Shown one piece after another: positions 11,840-25,939 of a stretch of DNA of 64,000 bases (its first letter is position 1; every line of letters begins with the position of its first letter). The translations under genes were made by a program, and so were the position numbers. The stretch lies in the NCBI RefSeq assembly GCF_964194025.1, contig NC_134475.1:66588001-66652000 (forward strand). The letters run 5' to 3'. Origin of the DNA: Convolutriloba macropyga. Lineage: Eukaryota. The notes below the pieces were generated by a model. The model saw nothing but the letters and a program-made list of their open reading frames with translations. It was not told the DNA's origin and did not search any database.

Positions 11840-14800
11840 AAAAAAGATATTCTTAACTTCAATCAGACATAAAGTGACAGTCCTTCGAACAACCAAATGA
11901 GTGAGAGTTTCGTAGAGATTACTACTCAAGTGGAACTAGGGAAAAGAAACAGACCGGCTTAAAAATTGAGTGAATATCGCGTTCCGCGGATACTCTTGAG
12001 CAGTCGCATTTAATTTGGTTTGCCGACTTGCCGGACATCAACAACAATACGAACAGCATCGAAACTGCAACTTTGTTTTGTGGACCAACGGAACTAAGCA
12101 ACAGCAGCCGCTAAAAGACCAAATAGACAATAATAATCAATTGATTCCAAGGGAAATAGTCAACTCAAGATATTAGACAAAAGGCAAGTTTACCTACTCA
12201 GTTCGTTTTCGAGACAACCTTCCCAATCAGAAGGCTACCTAACATAAACAAAACAAAAGCTTAACGTGATTTCTTCGAGACTAAAGATTGAAAAAATGAT
12301 CACATACAGCCACAGATGCTATGATTAAAATTAAAAAAAAAATTTTTAGAAGTGAGATAATCACTCCGGACGCATGTTGGCAGAAAAAAGTGAAGTCTTT
12401 CAATGGGTAAATGAAAACATACCAAATCACGGAGATATTGAAGAACATCGTATACTACTTGTCGACCGTTTTCAATACACATTGCGGGTCCGCAATCTAA
12501 TGAAAAAGAGTCACTCAAACAGCATGAAATGGCAGATTTGAAAAAAGCGTTGAGAACAGAGAATTCAGATAAGTCTCATTAAGAAAGATGATTTGACAGT
12601 TTGGCACAGTGCGCAAGAAAACTGGATGAAAATTGTTCATAAATGGTTTAGTCATTGAAGACAGATTTTTGATTTGAAGGGTTTGGGAACCTCTGTGACA
12701 AGAAAAAGGATTATCCGGTCTTGGTCACACATTGCGGGCTTATAAAGGATTTGGGAAACCAGTCATCTCCAGTGACAGCCACAATAAATAGCAAAAAATT
12801 CAAATCAGACCGTAATAGGCAGGTACAACAACCCATCAAAATTAAACTGATGAAATGCTCAGGTTTCTTCCCGTGGTCATGCTACCAATTGGATTAAAAA
12901 AGAACTCAGTGTTGCAAAGTCGCACTGGTCGAATTAACTTAAAGTCCTGCATATAAAATTTTTAAATCGCTTTGTTAAACAACAAGCAGAGGAACTGTGA
13001 AACTGAACAAGAAAAAAGAGGGAAAAATTAAGCTTCGACTGCAACAAAAGGAATGCGAATTACGTCTGCAACAGCAGTAACAAGAATTACGCGTGCAACA
13101 GCAACAACGAAAACAAGAACTCCGTCTCCGACAACGATTGCAGGAATTCGATATCGAACAAACAAAAGCAGAAGCAGAGAAACAGCAGCAACAGCTCCAG
13201 ATTGAACTGGAAGAGGGAATCTGACGACCAACGTGATCTGCTATAGACGTTGAAAGCGGTCAGGAAACAGGAAACTACAAAAACAAAGGGCAAAATTAAT
13301 ACCCGAAACATTGTCCTTTGCTCAACCACTGCCTCTATATGTGAGCAAGCAATTTTCAAAAATAGTCAGTTAGCGGGACTAACAAGAGAAGATATTCAGT
13401 CTTACCGGGGTTTTCCACAGCATTCAATACACGTGCACAGGGCTTCTTAGTTTCGATGTGAGGTCTGATCAGTCATCAATTTCAGCATGGTACATCAAAG
13501 ACATTCAGAGTGACAGATCAGCAAAAAGATTTCTCTAAGCAGACAACTCATCTCCAAGAAACATTAACTTTTCTAACCAGAATCGGAGACAAAGTTGCAC
13601 ACACAATTCTTGCTACGGATTTGCCGAGAGCCGTGAAAGAAGCACAGTGAACCAAATCAATCCCCCAAGTCATTTGACTACACGGAATGAGCTTGTTTAC
13701 AGTGGCTTGTCACAAATCAAACTGGCTGAGTTTTTGGGCATCTATTTGGGTCGCCAGAGTAGTTTGGTTGATGAGTCGTTTTTCATCGAAAAAAATTCAG
13801 CAATCCTGAAAAGAAGCAATTTTTGAAGAGTAGTGTCACGGGTCAAACAGAAGCACGAATATGAACTTTTGAATTCATTTCACATTCCTATAATCAAGAT
13901 TGGGATCTACTTTGCTATACGTATGGTAGATCAATTTTAATAGAAGACGCAGAGCTCAAAAAATATATAAAATCATCCTCGAATGCGGCTCCACATCACC
14001 ATCAACTTTGCAAGACTGGTTACAATGGCGGTGAACACGTTAAATTGTTTTGGATACACATCCTACCTATAATCAAGATGCGCGCTGAGTTCTAAAGAAA
14101 TTGTCTCCCCCTTTGAGAGAAGAATAGTTTTGGTTGCTTCAATAAAGGTGACTACTGAGAGATTTTGCGGTTCAAAAGCAGTTATTCTTAAAAATTTGTT
14201 GGCGTAGACAAACTCATAGTTTGAGAGACATAAATTCCAAAGTTGCAATAAACTGAACAGGAGCTTTTTCTGTTCATACGCTGAAGACTCAAGCAATTCC
14301 ATTATATCGAAAGTCTTTTAAAAGACGAACGGCTAAAAACTCGGTTTGAGATCAGTTCAAAACTGTGAAATTAATTGAACCGCGAGAACGTGTCTGGACT
14401 TTTTGACTGTGCCTAAACTCTTGCAATCAGGTCACCTATTCAAGGTCTGCAAAAATTTTGGGAAAAGTTCAAATGAATTGAAACAAATGAACTGCAAGAA
14501 CTTGTCCGGAAACTTTGAGTGTGTCTAAACTCTTGCAAACAGGTCACCTATTCAAGGTCTGCAAAAATTTTGGGAAAAGTTCAAATGAATTGAAACAAAT
14601 GAACTGCAAGAACTTGTCCGGAAACTTTGAGTGTGTCTAAACTCTTGCAAACAGGTCACCTATTCAAGACTGCAAAAGCAAGACCTGCAGTTTCCCTATC
14701 TGCAGAGGGCGACACAGAAAACATTAGCATTGAGATTTCTCTAGTAAAAAAGCCAGAACGAGTGTCTCAGACGCTACAACATCAGGCAATGAGTACTCTC

Positions 14801-17330
14801 GTTCTTACAAATTAAGCTGACAGACAGAGAGCACAGCCTTAACGTATTCGCAAAATATGAAGCTGTATCGTCAATCTCATTTGTAAACAAATCAATTGTG
14901 TCTAAACTGTCTAATGCCAAAAAAATTCTGTGTCAACCAGGATCGAAAAAATACATTTAGACAGAACTAGTACAGATTGCTGTTTCGGAACATGAGAAGC
15001 AGTGGCCATTGATAAATTTTCAATCCTATTTTCAAGAATCGAAAAACCATTGTCCATTTTTGAATAATTTTTTGAATCAAGCTTACAATCTGCATGATCT
15101 TCTAATTATCCTGGGAGAAGACTGCTACGTCAAACAGCCGCCAGCACAAATCGAAAGGTAAGAAAATTCCAGCACAAAAAACCTCACAAGTTGTCCTATC
15201 CTTCGTCACAGCAGTCTTCGACTCGCTTGGGATACGTTTACCCTTTACCAAAGCACTTGAGCAGTAATGGGAAAAAGGGTTGTCAATAGAGCACTTAAAG
15301 CTGTTTAAAAATTGGTGCTCTGAACTGAGAGAAAAACAGAACAATATCGAATAGCCAAAGTTTTTTCAAAAACGGTGCTCACGATTTCAGACGCCTCGGC
15401 AGAAGCAGATAGTATCTGTAAGAAGAATTAACGTTGAAATTAATTTATGTCATTGTGAGAGTGCTCTGTAAAAACTATCAGAAACATGACAAAACCACAG
15501 TTCAAATTTTTTTTCTTAGAATACATATTTTGAGCGGAATTTTCAAAATTGATTACACAACAATCATTGGACAGCTTCAACTTTGGATCAACGTCGACTA
15601 CACTCAGAAAATTAGAAACAACAATGTTCAATGCTAACAGCAGTAGGAATGTCGGAAAACTCATCAATGGACAGATTTCGAGGCGTCAAGTGTTTTAAAA
15701 ACTTGCAGTCTTTGAAAACTGAATAGGTCAATTGAAAAACTCAAAGATTACTTGTGGTTAGACCACTCGGCAGTTCTACGAACTGATGACAACAAATGCT
15801 CAAAGCCTTTGTGTCATCTGCACGATGTCCAAGCTGCGCAAGACATCAGTACCGCAGCAAGAGAAAGTCAAGTAGATCAGGCATTTGACTGGAAACGACA
15901 GAGCAGCATCAATTGAATCATAAACTTTTTTGAGAATTGCTTGAGAACAAAAAGTGGTACTCTAACAGCTGCTGAGATTCATGAAGCCGAATAAATGCTA
16001 CTATGAAATATTCAAACCAAAAACTATTTGTGTTTTGAGGTCGATTATCAATTGCAAAGAGATTTAATAAACAATGAACATCGCCAAATCGTCACCCTTC
16101 ATAGAAGAAGCAAAAAAGTTTTGAGTGAATGTTTGATTAACATTAGAAACAAAACTACCAAGAGCGAAGCATCCAGTTGTACAACTTCTAATGTAAAGAG
16201 TACATTTTGACAATCTATAAGAAGGCACAGATTACATGAGAAATTTTCTGCAATGAATATTTGGGATCATTGGGATACAAAACAGGCTGAGAAATTTCAA
16301 GTCGAGATGTATCAATTATAGGCACACGAACTCAATGAGAATATCTTTCAGCCATACCGGATTGGACTAATAAGAACTCATTGAGGCCAATTTTTTGCAG
16401 CAAAACGGGGTTAGCTGGTTTTACCTCTCACTTGTCTAACAACCAGAGCAGTACACATCGAAGTTGTCCAGTCATTAGACACCGAGTCATGTCTATCCGA
16501 AGCATCGTGACTAATGCAAAATAGCCCTGATAACAAAACATGGCTGCCCAAATATCGTCATCAGTGACAACAGAACGAACTTCGCTACATTTTAATGGAA
16601 TCTGGAAAAGACTGATTCAAAGTTGCAAGAATTTCAAGATTAAAATCTCGGACAATGTAAGCATTACTGATGACGTTCTCAGCATAATAATATTTTAAAA
16701 AAATCTATGGAAAAAATGTGAACGGAAACTCCTGAGACCAGTAAGTGGAGAGTAAGAAGACTTGACAGCACTTACAGAAAGTAACTTCCTTCTAGGACGT
16801 GAAAATGCAAGTACACCTTTGATGCCGAATAATGAACGGTAGTATGATCCGAGAAATTTTCCTAAATGGCTCAAGCACAAGGTTGTTTGTTCTGAAAAAG
16901 ATGTTCTCGCAAACATCTACATCAATGGAACCACAGATCAAACTGTTCAAAAGAGCGTTTGCAAAAAAATTTTAAAAAGGCAAACTCGTTTGGCTATTGG
17001 ATGAATCTGTTAAACGCTGCGAATGCAAAAATAAGCTAGTCATTGAAATCTTCACTGGCATTCATTGTATTGGTAGCAACAGGTAGTTAGCAACAAAAAA
17101 TTTTTATGACTGAACAAATGGCTAACGTCAGTACATAGTTTAACACGAAGGATATTCTTAAATTCAACCAAACTTAAAGTCACAGTCCATTGAACGACCG
17201 AGTTGCTGATAGTTTCAACCAGATTATTATTCAGTTGGAATTAGAGTCATCGATGATCCAAGCTGGCGTAAATTTCAGAACCAGGCTGCGAAGATTGAAT
17301 TGCCTTCAGATTATTGAGCAGCAGCAATAA
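11840..17330 (+). mobile_element. Old, decayed BEL/Pao LTR retrotransposon (approximate boundaries)
   Basis: Diverged direct repeats at ~11844-12010 and ~17148-17325 are LTR remnants. Relic pol motifs: AVFDSLGIRLPFT (~15210), ISDASAEA (~15385), TCLTTRAVHIEVVQSLDTESC (~16430), GCPNIVISDNRTNF (~16542) and RPVSGE*EDLTALTESNFLLGR (~16735). Confidence 0.8.
14413..14677. repeat. 112-bp tandem duplication (about 2.3 copies) inside the decayed BEL pol
   Basis: Units starting CTAAACTCTTGCAA at 14413, 14525 and 14637 are near-identical. Confidence 0.9.
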
Positions 17331-20300
17331 AACAGGAGGTGTTATAAATTCCTGCACTTTTTGAGAGTTGAGGGATCAAAGTTTGTCTTTTTTTTTACTC
17401 TGTTAGCTTTCATATCTAGTCGTTATATTCAATACAACCGTGGTTAAAAGTACTTACTTATGATTGCCCTATAAAATTTGCTGGCGTGTTACAAATAATT
17501 TGGTTTCTATTTTTTAAAATCATATTGTAAAACAATTTGTAAAATGACAAGTTTTTTAAGCTGTCAAACAGAATACTGAATCGTCCTCTTCGTTATTTTA
17601 AGAGAGAACTTCTTGTGTGACTTTTTTACAAGCCTGAAATTGTACAATCTTTTACAACTCTTAAACAAAATTGAAAATTATTTTAAAACAAGTCAATAAA
17701 ATTGAACTTTATAAAAAAAATACTTGCAGTTTCCCGGTTTTTATTTTTGGGAAATGAATTTACTTGTAGAAAGTATACACTACACTATTTCTCGTTTCGT
17801 TTTTTTTTGAAAAAAAATGATTGAAAACAAGAATAGCATTTGAACTGTTTGTAATCAAAAACTTTTTTGGTAATAAACAGATATAGCATAGAGCTTTATC
17901 AAATTTTTTGCTCGCAAGCGGTTGAGCATTTACTAGTTCAATTTACGGCTATCTGACGCGTTTTGCGTTTTCGGCTTTAACATTTGAACATTTTGGCTCT
18001 GTTAATCGGAATATAAGAAATGATGCAGTTATTTTATTTGCACACATTTTAACTTTTCCGTGTTGGATGATGTCTCATATACTACACCTGCTCAAAACAA
18101 AAAACTGATTGAAATTCTGAGATTGAATCAAATTCATAATTTGATGTCCCTATGAATAACGTGAAACAATGAAAACATGTTTTAGAACAAGGAAACTCTT
18201 GATATTTTTAGTAGAATAAATATACTTTGTTGACAAGAACACAATTCTTCAATTATTTATGAGCTGTTTTTGTAGTTTTTTTAGGCTTTTTTTTACCATT
18301 CTTAAGTTTCAGAATTTTGAATGCAATGTTCATTGTTTAAATTTCTTTATAACATTCATTTCTCTTATTTTAGGAGCTCGCTTTTGAAGTTGCGTTACAA
18401 AATGTCTGAAAAGACGACAGTTATAATGATAATTTTGCGACGTTTGCACGCAACACTTAAGAATAAAACAAAAGTTAGACTCAACATTAAAGGACAATTA
18501 GATCGTGTTTGCATGAAAGAATGAATATTTCAGACTCCAGTTTGTGTGAAGAGAATTAATTTCAGCCCCGAAAGGAAACAATCCAAGTTTGTTCATGTCT
18601 TAACTGTGACATTAAGCTCTTCTTTTTAATTAGAAGATTTCAAGTCCATGTTATTCATCTGGGCGTGAAGTCATTTGAAGTATAAATCTTCAGGAATTTA
18701 TTCAGCGCCAAAATTTTCTTCACCTTGTTTTGTAGTTATGGGCAATAAAATTTCCACAATTTTGTAGGAAAGCCTTGAAATGGTGGGAAATTTCGCTGAA
18801 AGTGGGAAAATTTTCCCTTCAAAGGTCGGAAATAAGTTACTTGGTTTGATCAAAAAGGTTGTTGAAAAAAGAATAAAAGATTAAAATTCTCTTGAGAAAT
18901 TTGAAAGCCGTTAATAGCGAGAAAAAGAGAAAAATTCAAAGCCTTTCAACCTTTTTCTCGAGATACTAAATTATCGATTTGGAACCTTAAAATTTGAGGT
19001 AAGAATTTGTAAATGTATCGCTGTGCTATGGCTGAAATATTTCTCGCATTTGTCGGTCAAATATTTACTCAAATGCGTTGCAAAATGATTTAATGTTTTG
19101 TTAGGATTTCAATTTCGAGTGAGACTAATCTTTTTCAACTGTTACTCGAGTACCATTTCATTAAAAGCCCAAATTGCGGGCGCAAATCAATTGCCTGTAA
19201 CAACTTTACTTCTTTTGAATTTGGGTGATTAAGTTTGAAGGGATATTCTAGAGGGATTTGAGTAAAGCTCTAATCAAATATTTCAAACGTGCTTGCATTA
19301 AATTTGGAGATATTAATCGGAATTCAGCGGACGGGATAGAAACCCTTCGTTGGATCAAAATTTAACCTGTTCTAAAGGTGAACTTGCTATCATCCTTATG
19401 TCTGTCAATTATTTCACAATTCTGTTTCATTCTCAAATACCAACACTTCAAAAATTTCAGATTTACTTAAATTTGATTGGTCTAAAATTATAGCGTTTTA
19501 TATATTTTCCCGTTTAAAAAATTCCATAAAAATTGTGCGCTTGATAATATTGTATTTTTTCAGCGCAGTGCACAATTTTTGCTGTGGTTATCTATTTTGT
19601 TTACAACTTTGTTATGTTACCATCATAAAAATATTACTAAGAGATTAAATTGGTAATTGATTCCCCGAAAATTAGGAATTATAAAAATTAACCTATCTTA
19701 TCACATATGCTGCTTTCTAAGCTTGCTTGGTTTATTTATATAATAAATCAATGCATTTTCGATGGTATATTTGTAATTAGTCATATATATTGCTTTCAAT
19801 TTTTATTTGTTACAGGAAAATAAATTAAAGCTTTAAAGCCTTTTTTCAACAGAATTATTAAGCTTTGAAACCTTACATGAAAATTGGCAACGCGTCAATT
19901 CATTTCCTTTAAACGTTTCAGCTTAACATTTTCACTTTTTTCATGTTCCGTCTTAATTTTGTTCCCATTTTTGCATTTTCATTCCCTCGCTGTTTGACGT
20001 TTTTAGATAATGCAAATTTTAACAAGAATTTAAAGTTTGATTACTGAATTTTCCTCCACCTTTTATTTTCCCACAATTTTCTAATCAAGTTTAGTAGTTT
20101 TAACCAACAATAAATAAATAAGGAAACATTCATTTATTTTGTGAGCTTTTTGTTTACTTGTGTTTATTTGCGTTGTTTATCACAAACGCACTGTCTTTTA
20201 CGAGATGCGGGAGTAAAAATTGCATGATGGAAGCAAAACTGAGCTACAATTGTTCCCATTTTTTACCTTCCATTTCCATTTGAACTGGTAAACAGGCAAT

Positions 20301-21742
20301 TTTAAACTCCTTAATGGTAAGCTGGGAAAAAGTTGCACCACATACTCTTACATATATAAGGAAAGCAAAAATAGTTGTTATGTGTTGGTGTGATTTTTGT
20401 GACGGCTGACTCCGAGATATTTATTTGTGTTATCTTAGCACTAACCTCTCTTTCCCTCTCTCAGAGTAAAAATGGGGAAAAGTTATCTTCCTTTTCCCTT
20501 CCGTCCCCCCACTACCCTAGTCCATATTTTCCATGCTAATTTTGCAAGCAGAAATTGATAAGGTAACAAATTTGACAGGAGGTTTGAAAAGAGAAATACA
20601 AAGTTCTCTTTCTCTCTTACCCAAACTCACTTTTTTAGCTTCGCGTTGTTCAGTGCATATTTTGCTCAATATTATTTCATTACTACACTTAGTTAGTTTT
20701 TCAAAAAAAAATTCATTTATCAATCAAATAGTGTCAGGACAAAATACCCAACGCCAAAATGCCCAGAATGTACCCAATATTTTACCATACATCAAATTAT
20801 CAGAAAATTATCTAAGCTAATTGTACCTAAGAGACATAAATTATAGTATCGTTTTTTGTTTGAAAAACGAACACAGGGTAACCAGCGGCCTCGTTACTCT
20901 GTAATGTGACTCGATTTTATATAGTCACAAGCAAGCATGAGATCATATATTTTGTCATTGGGTAAAAAATCATTTAACAACTAAATTATGATATATTGCT
21001 CTAACCCTGTCATTATAGCCCAGATTCGTGATTAGTCTACGCTCGGAGGAGATTTAATCAGATAACGGATTAGGTGTACATTTATTTGTTGGAACCCTCT
21101 GCGCTTATTTTTACAAAGCGACTGTCAATTGAATTCAAACGTCGGCCATTATTTATCCAACCCAATTTGTTCTATTTAACTCGCTCTATCTCATTCACAA
21201 TTTTATGTCTTTTCTGCAACAAATTACAAAGCAGGTTATTCTGTTAAATAAACCCAAAGCTGTCATTTTACGTGCTTCTGGCGATTCAAAGAATCTTCCT
21301 GGAGTAATTCGTAAAAATATTTGAAAGGGACAAAACCTAGTTTGAACCTTTTGAACTGGAATCTCTCAAAACAGCCTTTTATAGCTAACAGAGCAAAGCG
21401 TCGTAAACCAGCTAGTTATAACACCTTTTATAACGACCGCAGATTAATAACCAGCTCCAGAAAGGGTTAAGGCAGTAACTGATATTGTGTACTACCAAAA
21501 AGAACCAATAGAAATTAACTGTAAAACCCAAATTTTACAACCCTGTTTCCCACTTTTACGTCAAATTTGGTTATATTTAACCGATTTATTGGTTCGAGTT
21601 ATGAATTCTGCTATGAATTTGAGGCAATTTATTAAACAGGAACATCAAACTGAATAAATTTGCTTCTTATTATCTTATAATTTACCCGGTCATCCAAATA
21701 TTATTTTACAATTAGAGACTGATAGAGCCATAATTTGCCCAA

Positions 21743-23096
21743 ATGGTTAAAGAGAAGGTTAGTTTTCTTTGTGGCAACATTAAAAAGAATATCTTGCGCC
21801 GATCGGGCACTGTTGACAATTCGGCGCCCGGCTCACCCTCGATTGCCCGAAACATCACAAGCACTTCATCATTTGACAAAAACAACACGCGAACAAGTTT
21901 AGATGACTCACGTGAAGAAATTTTGTGTATTTTTGACAAATCTTTGACATTACAACATGACTCAGACGACATTTCGACATCTTTTGAAATTCCCCCCGAA
22001 CCCCCTCCGAGGATTTATTTCCCACAAGCACGATCACCAAAGTTGACGGGGTCTCACGGGGGCGAAAGAATAGAATCTGTTCAGTTGATTCAACCTGTAA
22101 TTGAAAGTGCGAATTCAAATAACCAACATGACGACAGAACTCCCTCAGAACATTCTAGATCAACGGCTAGTGAAATCTTCAGTCATCAAGCGCCGAGTAT
22201 TTCTTCAAGTCATTCGTCTAATTCTTCGACAGAATCGTTTCATTGTGATGGTTGCCATTGTTCTAGAAAATCATCGCAGCTTCATATAGCCACATGCAGT
22301 GGAACCCACTCACATTTGCATTATTCGAAACAGATTCCCAATTATAGTTACGATGAGTACTCTAAAACTACTTCAACTTCAAGTCATCAATCGGTTTCAA
22401 TCGGAAGTTCCGACTCCTTAGACATCGGGAGTCTAGCTGCCGAACACAGTTACTCAGCCGCCCACCAAAACCGACTCTCAACCACGGACTCGATTCTCCC
22501 CCCGAGAATTAAACCTTCGGCTTTGGGTTCTTGCAGTCGTCCCGATGGTCGGCGGCGTAGCGGGTGCATCGCATCTCAACCTCAGTCGAAGAAAACGCCA
22601 TCGCCTCAACCACCCCCATTTTTACCCCCTAAGAATTTCATACCCTCCACATCGTCATCGGGTAAAAAATGCGAATGCGCAAATTGTAGATTATCGTACG
22701 TTTCATCTTCAAAGAATTCAAACAGCTCAAATCCAACGCAAGCTTGTGATACATTTTCTATAATTGACCGAAATTCGACGATCGAAAGCTTAAACATGAC
22801 GCCCTGTACGCCTAAACGAAATGCCAGATTGTGCGAAAGGAAGGTTCCGAAAGATTGTCCAGAGTATGAAAACCATTTGGAAAACTCGAAGCCTAGCGAT
22901 TCAAGCTGGCCTGAAATAGGCGAAGTAGTCCCGACAGTTTCAGCCTTTTTGCAAAGCAAGAATTGCAGCAAAAGACGAAGTTCGTTTTCAAAAAGTTTCG
23001 ACAAAGTTCCGCTGAGTTTAACAGTCCACGAAGTGTTTCAAGGTGCGGAATTTGATTCATTTTCACCGAAACTTCCCTTTTCAGAACAGATTTCAG
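21743..23096 (+). CDS. SOCS7-like gene, first coding exon (Ser/Pro-rich disordered N-terminus)
   Basis: A 452-aa ORF, very long for this AT-rich background. The acceptor TTACAATTAG ends at 21715 and there is an in-frame upstream stop. The donor CAG|GTTAGT is at 23097 (phase 1). Motifs include PPEPPPR, PPFLPPK and YEN. Confidence 0.7.
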
Positions 23097-24449
23097 GTTA
23101 GTTTTCAATTGAACGCTTTTCGGAATCTTTTTCCTTACTTTTTGTAGTTGAAAGTCATAATAAACAGATGTGATCATTAATAATGTAACTTGTAAGATTT
23201 GCTTCCGGATTCTTCTTAACAAAACAGTTCTTCTTTATGTTCAATATATTTATTCCGCAGACAACACGTTGAAGAAAAAAAATTGAGAATTAGTTTTTTG
23301 AACTATTAATTTTTTGTGGGTCCACGAAGTTAAACAATGTCTTAGTATCAAATTGTACAATAAGAGCTAATATAGAAAAAGTTTCTGGAGTCTTGGAAAA
23401 CTATTTAACTGTTTATCCTTTTATTGCTACAATAGCTTGATTGTTAAAAAATGAGCAAAATTTTTGCAAAATTTTTAGGTCATAAACTACTTCTAGACTG
23501 TTTTCTCGTAGAGATGCAATTAAGAACTAAATTTGATTCGAAATTAACAGTCAATTAGTTTTTGTGCTATAAAAGTTTACGTGAATCTTTATTTTGACAA
23601 CAATCGACTTATAATAAAATTTCTTCCATAACAATAGCATTGACAATTCTACATTTAAGTAACTCAGCTTTTGAATAGACATCAACCTATAATTTTGTGC
23701 TTTGAGCAGTACGTGATTCAAAATTTTTCTTTTACCTTTCAATTGTCACTTCATGAGCAAAGCTCAAAATTCTACGCGTTGTTTGGACTCGGATTTTACC
23801 GTCTCAAATCTCCAAATTAAATCACCGCATTTCAAGAGCATAAAAACATCACTTAAAATGCAATTGTATTTATAGAATGTAATCAAAATATGGTAAAGGT
23901 TACATTTTTTTAAACCGTGGAGTTATTCTAAGAAAAATGGGAAATCCGTAACTTTTGATTTTGAAGACAACACAAGTTTGCTCAGAAATGGGTTGTCGCC
24001 AATTGCTATGAGTTCTTTAAAGCCTTTGAAAAATTACAGTCGATAAAATTATATTTTAAGTTCGGTCGCAAATAATGATAAAAAGTATTTGAATGATTTT
24101 ATAAAGATATTCAATCTGGTTTTACTGTCAACAAATGGCCATAAATTTGACACTTTGTTTTGCATAAATTTTTCAGTCTACGTAGCATTAAAACGAAAAT
24201 GGATGTTTCTTGGTTGTTTATTGATAACATTTGGTAGCTTTCAGTTAAATAGTGGATTTGAGAGATAGCACAAGCAAAAACTACATAATTTAAGAAAAAA
24301 TTGGCAAGCTTATAAGGTAGAATCATACGCGCGATCGTAATCTCTCTGTCTCAAATAACTTCATTTCATGGTGGAAAAAATTTAGGGCCGCTATTATCTA
24401 TGTGCAGCTATCATTCCCTAGTTGAGATCTAGACTTATGAAAGTAAAGT

Positions 24450-24660
24450 GCTCGGCCAAAATTAACCATGAAAAGACCATGCTCGACCGAAATGGGCTAT
24501 GAAAGACTTTGTATTGATTTTGGCGAGAGCCTCGACTGTATTTCCTCCAAGAAATGATCAACCTAGACAGCGTATTGACCAAAAAAACGTTTCATGACAA
24601 TGTATTGACAAATAAAGAACGTATCAACCAAGTATTGACGCCAAAACGTGACCAATGGCA
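24450..24660. repeat. Degenerate ~30-bp tandem array (GTATTGAC / CTCGAC core)
   Basis: GTATTGA occurs at ~24511, 24572, 24602 and 24632. Confidence 0.55.
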
Positions 24661-24770
24661 GAAATATCGAGTAATTTTACTTGATTTTGTCGCCACTTTT
24701 CACGACCCATATTTTAAGATTAGAGTTATAAGCGTTTGTCGAAACCAGTCAAAATAAGCAATTTTATTTC

Positions 24771-24946
24771 AAATTTGGAATCTTTTCCGTTTATGCCCCC
24801 CTCCATCTTAGTGAGTGCATTTTATCTGAACCCCCCAGTTGCACGTGCCAAAGTTTTACGTAAAAAATTTCTAAGTAATGGCACGTGCTCTGTAACTGGG
24901 GGCGCATAACGTACTGGAGGGCACAAACGGAAAAGATCCCAAATTT
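24771..24946. repeat. Inverted-repeat (hairpin) element, probable MITE core
   Basis: AAATTTGGAATCTTTTCCGTTTATGCCC mirrors GGGCACAAACGGAAAAGATCCCAAATTT, with an inner CCCCCAGTT/AACTGGGGG pair. Confidence 0.7.
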
Positions 24947-25305
24947 GCTTTAAAATTGGATATATCCGCAACTGGATTTCACGATTAGTGTTTTTGAGGA
25001 TATCGTGAGAAAGTAGTGACATTTTTTTGGTTCTCGCAATTTTTGATCAATTTCTGAATTAAATTTGTGGATTTTATAACAAAATTTGGCATTTGAAAAA
25101 TATAAAACTCCTCACTCGCTCTTTTTTAACTTGTTATTGTAAAACTGTTCTGGTTCTCTATAGAGCAGACATAAGAGCAGTTGCTAGTTTACTTTACTGC
25201 GTTCAGCAGGAATTTTTAAATTGCCATCGCTAACCAATTGCTCGTCAAAGTTGTCTTCAAAAATCTTATCTGACTATAAGAAAAAAGTATCCAAATATTC
25301 TACTA

Positions 25306-25447
25306 GTAATGCGTGTACGGTAGGTTTCGAACCAAGAGAAGAGATTTACAACAAGAAAATTAAAAATTAGAAAAATCCATATTTTTTTTGGTTTATCTTT
25401 TTTTTAATCTCTCTGGCTTGATATGAAACCTACCGTACACACATTAC
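25306..25447. mobile_element. 142-bp MITE with an 8-bp target-site duplication TTCTACTA
   Basis: TIRs GTAATGCGTGTACGGTAGGTTTC / GAAACCTACCGTACACACATTAC; TTCTACTA at 25298-25305 and 25448-25455. Confidence 0.85.
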
Positions 25448-25783
25448 TTCTACTAAGGCTCTTCCATGACCTTTAAAAGACCTAAGGGGGAACAATTCAA
25501 TAATTTCTGGAATTAATGGAGAGATTTTTAAACTATGCAAATTATTATCCTAGTTAAACACACTTACTTATTCAATTACATCAAACTGAGTTAATACTTG
25601 TGTCGCGTCAAAAAATAGACTGCTTATAAATTTGATCCCTATTTGGTCGTGCGTAAATTACTTAAACTACGTAAGCATTTCATCTCAAAACTATTAGTAG
25701 CTGAATTTTTAATGCAGTGTAATTGCATAGAAACTGTCTGCTTCCGATATTTAATACAAATGTCACAACGATTGTAATTTTAG

Positions 25784-25836
25784 GCAATGACGACCGATTG
25801 ATGAAAAAGACGCGTCAAAGTCTGCTCCTCTCAAAT
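25784..25836 (+). CDS. SOCS7-like gene, 53-nt internal exon ((G)NDDRLMKKTRQSLLLSN; helix preceding the SH2 domain)
   Basis: TTTTAG| acceptor and |GTAAGT donor. Phase 1 in and phase 0 out exactly bridge the exon ending 23096 and the exon starting 39625. Confidence 0.65.
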
Positions 25837-25939
25837 GTAAGTTCCTCCTCTTTTTTCAACTCACTTCCTGTAAAATTAAGCATGAAAAATTAGGATATAA
25901 ATTCATGGCGTCTAAAAACCCAGCTGCAACGAATATTGT

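Noticed and set aside
18374-18998. Candidate 5' UTR exon (TTTTAG| ... GAG|GTAAGA)
   Set aside because: The splice signals are plausible, but there is no coding or transcript evidence.
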